Source of the DNA: Mobula hypostoma
Lineage: Eukaryota
DNA: 64,000 nucleotides
Assembly (NCBI RefSeq): GCF_963921235.1
Contig: NC_086097.1
Span: 220,040,001-220,104,000, forward strand
Direction of reading: 5' to 3'
Below the pieces are notes generated by a model. The model worked only from the letters and a program-made list of their open reading frames with translations, had not been told where the DNA came from and did not search any database. Made by a program: the position numbers and the translations under genes. Each line of letters begins with the position of its first letter. Position 1 is the stretch's first letter. Shown one piece after another: positions 62,921 through 64,000 of this stretch.

Positions 62921-64000
62921 TTAACCCTGAGCCATCCTTCAACCTATCATGAATATCATAACTGAAATACTTCACAGCCAAGAAAGCATTAAACATCCCT
63001 ATGATATCTGACATATCAGTGCAATGAAACAATGGAGATTATTGTCACATTTCCAAAACTACCTTCATGAACTGCTGAGTGACCTACTTACGGGATATGA
63101 ATCATCATGGCACCACTGTCTATCTATGAAAAAGCTTTGCAAATATTGTTATGTAAGATTTCAAAACAACTGCACCTGTGCACACTTCATACTACAATAA
63201 AATTAATTATTTAAGAGAACACAGAAAGAGCAGGCTGCTGCCAAGAGCAGAGTTTGTTTTCTGGCACAATATCTATAAACTAGGATGCCTAACCTTATGT
63301 GGACTCATAACATAACCCGGCAAGAGTGCCTTGTGTGATGACACTAGAAAATACTGTCAAAGCAGAAAAGTCCTCATGAAGTGCCCTCATGAAATGAAAT
63401 CCTCAACTCCTAAAATTAGCAAGATTTCTCCATGCAGAGACATTGACGTTCGGCTTTGAATTAGTGCAAATCAAAGCACCGCAATGCAATTGATTGACTT
63501 CCCAAATTTAAAAAAGGTAGACAATCAGATTAAATAAAATGAAAATGCTTTATTCAGTTTAATGCAAATGAAAATGTCAATCTTTACACAATAGAAGGAT
63601 TGATTGATGGGAATGAAACTTCCTGATTTAAAGACACAAAACAGAAATGTGGTTAAATTAGTTTCTGTGAATTTCCCTTTAAAACCTAGCCAGACCACTA
63701 GATATACTATCCTGTGGCTATCAACTACGTAGCTTTGGGAAGACCAACCTCCATCTCTACCAGGAAATTCAAACATTCTCTCACAATTTCCACTATGATG
63801 TCTTGTCTTTTATAGGGCAACTGAAGATTGTAGAGCAAACCTGGGCTCCACGGTTAATGACAGGAGCCCATGGCATAAAAAGATAGGAACCCCTGCTGTA
63901 GAGACAGAAGTGTTCTGGTGACAAAGGATTATACTGTAACAACATTCTGTAGCATGAGTTCAAACTCAGGGTAAGATTGCTCAGATTTGATTTCTGTCTT

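Overview
Vertebrate intronic DNA, most likely from a cartilaginous fish (shark or ray; inferred from the repeat families). The only host-gene coding sequence found is two internal coding exons of the organic anion transporter SLCO5A1 (OATP5A1) on the minus strand: 26876-27008 (133 bp) and 18696-18913 (218 bp). They have canonical AG/GT sites and compatible phases. The rest is intron packed with transposable elements: many CR1 LINEs (one near full-length at about 36710-40740), Neptune-like Penelope retroelements, Rex1/Babar LINE fragments, V-SINEs, a Deu-domain SINE, a Harbinger and a hAT/Charlie non-autonomous element, and tiny Tc1/mariner MITEs. Most ORFs in the supplied track are TE fragments or antisense shadows of them. 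The most interesting signal is non-coding. About ten recognisable copies of a 36-nt minimal type I hammerhead ribozyme with a palindromic stem III sit in the Penelope terminal repeats and in short derived units, and most of the intact ones are sense to the SLCO5A1 pre-mRNA. Other notable structures are an inverted Penelope pair inside one 14-bp TSD with a fold-back junction, a head-to-head Penelope/CR1 composite, a multi-level nested TE cluster and a roughly 3.1-kb CR1 inverted repeat. TE boundaries are by eye and approximate unless a TSD or TIR is given.
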